DNA from: a bacterium
GTDB taxonomy: Bacteria > Patescibacteriota > Minisyncoccia > Phycocordibacterales > JABMNX01
Length of the DNA: 64,000 bases
Direction: 5' to 3'
Assembly (NCBI GenBank): GCA_002687905.1
Contig: NZBM01000015.1
Coordinates: forward strand, 2,811 to 66,810
The notes under the pieces were generated by a model that was given only the letters and a program-made list of their open reading frames with translations, did not search any database and was not told where the DNA came from. Positions within the stretch are counted from its first letter, which is position 1, and every line of letters begins with the position of its first letter. The translations under genes were made by a program, and so were the position numbers. Positions 58,965-64,000 of the stretch are shown piece after piece.

Positions 58965-60025
58965 GCACCATGACGCAGAACAAGATTATAGAAAACATAT
59001 TTAAGGAAATTGAGGCGATAGGAGACATATCGCAAAAAAATGTAGTGCCGCGAGGTGCACGTGTCTTGCTTGCGTACAAGGTTTTCCGGGCGCTTGATCG
59101 GCATCGTTTTAGACTCGAGCCTGCTGATATTGAAGAGTGTCTCGGGGACCTTGTAGATACACGAGAGTTTCTAGAGAACCTTCTTAAAGAGAATAATTTC
59201 ACCGAATCAGAGAAGACACAAGGTGTAGTAAAAGAGCCAATAGAAGAGGCTGAGCGCATGCAATATCTCTACGGCCTTGCGTGGGGTGAGCAATCAGATC
59301 AGGAGTATTATCACGGCGCATCACACTTTAAAGACAGATTACTTAATAGCAATATTGATATTTCTTTTCTTGAGAGTGCTAATTGTCTTGATCTAGGCAC
59401 TGGACACGCTCGATATGCTCTTGCAATGCTACATCTCGGGGCTAAATCTGTGACTGGAGTTGATTTTAGTAAGTACTGTCTTGATGAGACGGAGAGAAGA
59501 TTAAAATCGCATTCTAAAGAGCGCTCAAAAATAAAACTGGTACATAAAGATGTCTATGATCTTCCAAAGGATATGAACAATACATTTGATTTTGTTTGTG
59601 CAAATAGTTTTATTCACCACCTTTCTGATCCAGAGCGCGCTTTAGAAATAGTATACAAAACCATGAAGCGCGGCGGACACGCTTTTGTATTTGTATTTGC
59701 TGAAGACAATACTCCTACCTGGCGGGCAATAGACTTAATGCGTGAGCTTCTAAAACCTGTACCTATTTGGCATACTCACAAAACTGTCAAAGGATTTGAG
59801 GTTCCAGGTAACAAGATTTTTAACTTTCTTGATTACTCTTATACTCCTATTCAACATAGATTCAAGAGAAAAAAGTTTGAGAAGACTCTCAAGGATATAG
59901 GGTTTAAGGATATTAAATTTCTGGAGGGTGGGGTTATCCATGACTCTGTTCTTCGCTCAAGAATGTTTGAGGCAGACAAATTGCTGTACGGAAACTCTGA
60001 GATCAGGTATCTCCTGAAAAAATGA
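58961..60025 (+). CDS. class I SAM-dependent methyltransferase
   Basis: Motif I CLDLGTGHARYALAMLHLGAKSVTGVDFS. ATGA start/stop overlap with the upstream gene. Confidence 0.65.
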   Translation: MSTMTQNKIIENIFKEIEAIGDISQKNVVPRGARVLLAYKVFRALDRHRFRLEPADIEECLGDLVDTREFLENLLKENNFTESEKTQGVVKEPIEEAERMQYLYGLAWGEQSDQEYYHGASHFKDRLLNSNIDISFLESANCLDLGTGHARYALAMLHLGAKSVTGVDFSKYCLDETERRLKSHSKERSKIKLVHKDVYDLPKDMNNTFDFVCANSFIHHLSDPERALEIVYKTMKRGGHAFVFVFAEDNTPTWRAIDLMRELLKPVPIWHTHKTVKGFEVPGNKIFNFLDYSYTPIQHRFKRKKFEKTLKDIGFKDIKFLEGGVIHDSVLRSRMFEADKLLYGNSEIRYLLKK

Positions 60026-60026
60026 T

Positions 60027-61874
60027 ATGTGTGGTATAGCCGGAATTCTTGATCTAAATGAAAGACCTATTAAGAAGGATGTCCTTAAAGCTATGGTGAA
60101 AGCTCAAGTTCATCGAGGTCCAAACGATGAGGGAATCTATATAGACAACTCTATAGGACTTGGTCACAGAAGGCTTAGCATTATTGATCTAAGTAAGGCA
60201 GGACACCAGCCTATGGGAAGTACTCATAAGGATTTACATATCGTAACTAATGGTGAAATTTACAACTACATTGAATTAAAAGAAGAACTTGGAGGAGAGT
60301 ATCAGAGTGCAAGTGATACAGAAGTACTACTAAAAGCATATGAAAAGTGGGATGAGAATTGCCTTTCTCATCTAAATGGCATATTTGCGTTTGCAATCTG
60401 GGACGAAAAAAAACAAAGACTCTTTGCAGCAAGAGATCATATGGGGGTTAAGCCTTTTTATTATGTAATAGAGGGGGGCGTTTTTTATTTTGCATCGGAA
60501 ATAAAAGCGCTTTTTGCGGCAGGAATAAAGGCGGTTCCAAATGACAGGATAATTTCTGATTATCTAAAATACGGTTTTTACGAACATTCAGAGGAGACCT
60601 TCTTTGAAAGTATAAAGCAGTTAATGCCTGGGCACTATCTAACATCAGAGAGAGGTGAAATAAGAGTAAAAAGGTACTGGCACTTGCCGGATAACGTATC
60701 AGATCTTAGCTCTCTTTCTGATAAAGATGTGCAAGACAGATACAGAGAATTAGTTACAAAATCAATAACAAGACAATTAAGAAGCGATGTGCCTGTTGGA
60801 ATTCCGGCGAGTGGGGGGCTTGATTGCTCCATAATAACCGGAGTGGTTAATCAGATTAACGAAGGGCAAAAAAACTTTCAACTTTTTTCCTGGATTTATG
60901 GCAATCCAGATTATGACGAGACGCCCTTTGCAAGCTCGCTTGCAAATTCTTTAGGTTGGGACATTAGTTTTTTTGAACTCTCTCCACAGAAAGCTTTGGA
61001 CATTATTCCTGACGTTATGAAAGCAGAGGAGCAGCCGTTTCCTGGGATATCAATAGTCGCACGTCATCTTTTATACAAAGAAGCTGACCCAAATTTAATT
61101 GTACTTATAGAGGGGCACGGCGGTGACGAGATAGGCGGAGGATATCCATACTATTTTGGAAACTTTATTAGTGATTTGGTAAAAAAAGAAAGCACTAAAG
61201 AAATAGAAACCGAGATTGAAGCCTATGCAAATCTTCACAGACTAACAAAAGAAGAAATGGATTCTGTATTAAAAATGGGTCTTGAAGCCTATAGTAGTGG
61301 TGGAGTATCAGCTGATGCGAGTAAGTTTTCAAGTAGTAATTACTTAAACAACGATTTCATATCATTCGTTAAAAGAGATATGCCTAAACTAGATTTACCT
61401 TTTAAAAGTCGTCTGGCAAACATTCAATATAGAGACCTTCGCTACACCAAGGAGCCAAGAGTCTTGCGCAGCGTAGACAGGAATTCAATGGCTTATGGTA
61501 AGGAAGTAAGAGTCCCTTTCTTAGACCATAAAATAGTAGAGTTTTGTTTTTCCCTTCCACCAAGGCAAAAGATAAGAAATGGCACACAACGCTTCTTTAT
61601 GAGGGAAGCTTTCAAGGATTTATTACCGCCTCATATTCTAAATACTCCAAAAAGGGCTGTTCCTGACCCACAGAGGGCGTGGCTTAAGAACGAGCTTAAG
61701 GATTGGACAGAGGATATATTAAGTTCAGAATCCTTCAAGAGACGGCCTTATTTTAATCAAGAAGAAATACAAAAGGAATACAATAGATATTGTTCAAGTA
61801 CAAAAATAGAGAATTCTTTCCATATATGGCAGTGGATTAACCTTGAGTTGTGGTTTAGAAACTTTATTGACTAA
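60027..61874 (+). CDS. asparagine-synthase-family (glutamine-hydrolysing) amidotransferase, second paralog
   Basis: MCGIAGIL (Cys2 nucleophile)...HRGPNDEG...RLSIIDLS. SGGLDCS PP-loop. Confidence 0.85.
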   Translation: MCGIAGILDLNERPIKKDVLKAMVKAQVHRGPNDEGIYIDNSIGLGHRRLSIIDLSKAGHQPMGSTHKDLHIVTNGEIYNYIELKEELGGEYQSASDTEVLLKAYEKWDENCLSHLNGIFAFAIWDEKKQRLFAARDHMGVKPFYYVIEGGVFYFASEIKALFAAGIKAVPNDRIISDYLKYGFYEHSEETFFESIKQLMPGHYLTSERGEIRVKRYWHLPDNVSDLSSLSDKDVQDRYRELVTKSITRQLRSDVPVGIPASGGLDCSIITGVVNQINEGQKNFQLFSWIYGNPDYDETPFASSLANSLGWDISFFELSPQKALDIIPDVMKAEEQPFPGISIVARHLLYKEADPNLIVLIEGHGGDEIGGGYPYYFGNFISDLVKKESTKEIETEIEAYANLHRLTKEEMDSVLKMGLEAYSSGGVSADASKFSSSNYLNNDFISFVKRDMPKLDLPFKSRLANIQYRDLRYTKEPRVLRSVDRNSMAYGKEVRVPFLDHKIVEFCFSLPPRQKIRNGTQRFFMREAFKDLLPPHILNTPKRAVPDPQRAWLKNELKDWTEDILSSESFKRRPYFNQEEIQKEYNRYCSSTKIENSFHIWQWINLELWFRNFID

Positions 61875-61921
61875 CTGATTGTTTTCTATAAAGAATTGAT
61901 ATATAAATCAACAATCTTTTT

Positions 61922-62914
61922 ATGTCCGAGAAAAACCCTAAAAAAGGCATGAATTTACTTTATCTTTTTGCAGAGCGTCACCCCAAAAATTTAAGGGAGC
62001 TAATTCGCAGTTATATTCCCCAAGAAGAATTTGAGGTTCGCGAGATGTCGTATTTAGAAAGTACGGAAGATCAAATAGAAAAAATTAAATGGGCTGAGGC
62101 GGCTCTACTTGCTCCTGGGCGTCATCTAAAAGATGAAGTGTTGGCTTCTGGCGGACATCTAAAGCTTATGCAGATTTGGAGTTCCGGATATGACAAATTT
62201 AACCTTAAGGCGGCAACGGAGGCTGGAATTCCTGTGTCTAACAATGGCGGCGCAAATAGAATTGCTGTAGCAGAGCAAACTTTTCTTTTAATGTTGTCAG
62301 TTTACAAGCGCTTACCAGACTCTCATCGCAGAGTTGTTACTGGCAATTGGGAAGGAAATAGTCATGGTATGGATATGTTTATCTTGTATGGGAAGACTTT
62401 GGGGATTGTTGGCCTCGGAGCAATAGGTCGTGAAGTTGCAGTGCGCGCCAAGGCTTTTGGCATGAAAGTTCTTTATTACGATATAAAAAGGTTAAGTCCA
62501 AAAGAAGAAAAAGAGTTTGGAGTGGAATACGCCGAGCTTGAGAGATTGTACAAAGAGTCGGACGTGGTCACCTTACATCTCAATTACACACCTGAAGTTG
62601 AGAATATGATTAGTGCGCGCGAACTAAGCCTAATGAAAAACGGCGCTATCGTCATAAATGCTTCAAGAGGTGAGCTCATTGATAATGATGCGCTATTAAA
62701 AGCTCTAAACGATAAAAAAATTGGTGGAGCAGGGTTTGACGCTCACAGACAGGAACCAACTGTGTCAAATGATCCACTTCTAATGCACCCTAACTTCGTA
62801 GGCACACCTCATATGGCTTGCACATACGACACTCACGTGATGGCGCTTAAGGCATCAATAGAAAATCTACTTCGAGCTAAACGTGGGGAGAAGCCTTTTT
62901 GGCGTGTGAATTAA
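61922..62914 (+). CDS. D-isomer-specific 2-hydroxyacid dehydrogenase (third paralog)
   Basis: LGIVGLGAIGREVAVRAKAFGMKV. Confidence 0.75.
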   Translation: MSEKNPKKGMNLLYLFAERHPKNLRELIRSYIPQEEFEVREMSYLESTEDQIEKIKWAEAALLAPGRHLKDEVLASGGHLKLMQIWSSGYDKFNLKAATEAGIPVSNNGGANRIAVAEQTFLLMLSVYKRLPDSHRRVVTGNWEGNSHGMDMFILYGKTLGIVGLGAIGREVAVRAKAFGMKVLYYDIKRLSPKEEKEFGVEYAELERLYKESDVVTLHLNYTPEVENMISARELSLMKNGAIVINASRGELIDNDALLKALNDKKIGGAGFDAHRQEPTVSNDPLLMHPNFVGTPHMACTYDTHVMALKASIENLLRAKRGEKPFWRVN

Positions 62915-62974
62915 GAATTTAATTGAAATTTATGGCTATATGTTAAGCAATATAGCCGTGCTATAGTGTCAGCC

Positions 62975-64000
62975 ATGTCTATAAGTGTATTTCTAAGAAA
63001 GGCCCTGATTTTTGGTGTATTTTTGGTGCCTTTTATTCCGCTTTTAATAACAAATTCAATGTATTTCCCGTTTATCACGGGCAAGAATTTTTTCTTTAGG
63101 ATTCTTGTTGAAATACTTCTTGCAGGCTGGGTCATACTAGCTCTCTGGGATCCTCAGTATAGACCTCGTTTTACGTGGCTTCTCGGCTCTATTGCAGCAT
63201 TCATCTCAATAATTTCCCTAGCTGACGCCTTTGGAGAAAATCCTCTAAATAGTTTTTGGAGTAATTTTGAAAGAATGGAGGGGCTTGTTGCAATTCTTCA
63301 CCTAGGTGCATATTTTCTTGTGGCTGGGGCACTTCTTAATACAAAGGAGTTGTGGGGTAAATTTTTAAACACGTCAATTGGAGTGAGTGCGATAATAGGA
63401 ATTTACGGATTGTTTCAACTTGGGGGGGCTCTCACAATAAACCAGGGCGGAGTTAGGCTTGACGGAACACTTGGAAACGCAGGTTATTTGGCAATCTATA
63501 TGCTCTTCCACATCTTCCTTACATTTTTGATGCTTACACATTCCTTTAAGCAAAAATGGATACGATATGTCTACGGAGCAATAATTCTTCTTCAGGTGGT
63601 CATTCTTTATCACACCGCAACACGTGGAGCGATACTAGGTCTTGTTGGCGGTGTATTTCTCGCTTTGCTTTTGTTTGGGTTATTTTCCAAGAATAGACCT
63701 GGTATACGTCGTGGAGTTATAGTAGCAATTGTTTCATTGGCCATAGCTACAGGCGGTTTTTTCCTAGCAAAAGATACGTCCTTTGTAAGATCAAGCCCTG
63801 TTCTTTCGCGTATCGCATCAATTTCAATTTCTGAATTAGCACCTCGTCTCGCAATATGGAATATGGGCTATCAAGCTTTTAAGGAGCATCCAATTCTTGG
63901 CTGGGGACAGGAGAATTTCATATTTGCATTTAATAAGTACTATGACCCAGCAATATATAATCAGGAACCATGGTTTGATAGAGTCCACAATATTTTCTTT
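62975..64000 (+). CDS. O-antigen-ligase-family (Wzy_C / WaaL / PglL-like) polytopic membrane protein, 3' end outside the window
   Basis: At least ten predicted TM helices. Conserved Arg region HTATRGAILG and, at the window edge, FDRVHNIFF (HNxx[LF] ligase motif). The frame stays open to nt 64000. Confidence 0.55.
   Translation, partial: MSISVFLRKALIFGVFLVPFIPLLITNSMYFPFITGKNFFFRILVEILLAGWVILALWDPQYRPRFTWLLGSIAAFISIISLADAFGENPLNSFWSNFERMEGLVAILHLGAYFLVAGALLNTKELWGKFLNTSIGVSAIIGIYGLFQLGGALTINQGGVRLDGTLGNAGYLAIYMLFHIFLTFLMLTHSFKQKWIRYVYGAIILLQVVILYHTATRGAILGLVGGVFLALLLFGLFSKNRPGIRRGVIVAIVSLAIATGGFFLAKDTSFVRSSPVLSRIASISISELAPRLAIWNMGYQAFKEHPILGWGQENFIFAFNKYYDPAIYNQEPWFDRVHNIFF

Overview
This 64-kb window looks like a small-genome, AT-rich bacterium, possibly Candidate Phyla Radiation / Patescibacteria-like. 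That placement is an inference from the 16S features, not a database result. No search tools were available, so every call below rests on motif recognition by eye and the coordinates are my own counts.

Positions 1-7.5 kb hold housekeeping genes. In order: a 5'-truncated ORF, an FtsW/RodA-family gene, a divergent GT4 glycosyltransferase, an initiating polyprenyl-phosphate sugar-phosphotransferase, an SDR epimerase, and secD-secF.

Positions 7.5-10.4 kb hold an atypical rRNA locus. It starts with a structured, GC-rich leader containing a 30-bp perfect palindrome. The 16S gene that follows carries a roughly 150-190-nt helical insertion in the V2 region. It mismatches the universal 341F and 515F primer sites. 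Its 3' end reads GGATCAATTCC rather than GGATCACCTCCTT. The spacer after the 16S carries a self-contained small gene with a near-consensus sigma70 promoter, a Shine-Dalgarno site, a 64-aa hydrophobic protein and two intrinsic terminators. tRNA-Ile(GAU) comes next. No tRNA-Ala or 23S follows anywhere in the remaining 54 kb, so the 16S appears unlinked. A short UDP-glucose-dehydrogenase-like CDS begins two nucleotides after the tRNA.

Positions 11-19 kb hold a CHAP/NlpC-like hydrolase, an Mpl/MurC-like Mur ligase, rsmI, a membrane-anchored GHL-type hydrolase, a HerA/FtsK-like ATPase with a Lys/Glu-rich tail, and a secreted LTD+PKD protein.

Positions 19-64 kb are almost entirely one-strand, tightly coupled genes of a very large surface-glycan island. 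It contains about eight GT4/GT-B glycosyltransferases. It contains a nonulosonic-acid pathway: a CapD/PglF-type 4,6-dehydratase, a DegT aminotransferase, WecB- and NeuC-type 2-epimerases, a NeuB-family synthase, a NeuA-type and a KdsB-type CMP-transferase, and two AsnB-like amidotransferases. It also contains at least five class-I methyltransferases (one TylF-type copy is frameshifted in a T6 run), a sulfotransferase, an MsbA-like ABC exporter, three D-2-hydroxyacid dehydrogenases, a TPP enzyme and two Gfo/Idh/MocA oxidoreductases. An O-antigen-ligase-family membrane protein runs off the window end.

The most unusual element is a module at about 35-40.7 kb. It encodes a CDP-alcohol phosphatidyltransferase-like membrane protein, a GC-rich Gfo/Idh/MocA oxidoreductase, a LicC-like nucleotidyltransferase, a fusion of a nucleotidyltransferase to a 3-dehydroquinate-synthase-family sugar-phosphate cyclase, and an APH/choline-kinase-fold kinase. 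I interpret this as a candidate pathway that makes a nucleotide-activated cyclitol or phospho-alcohol to decorate the glycan.
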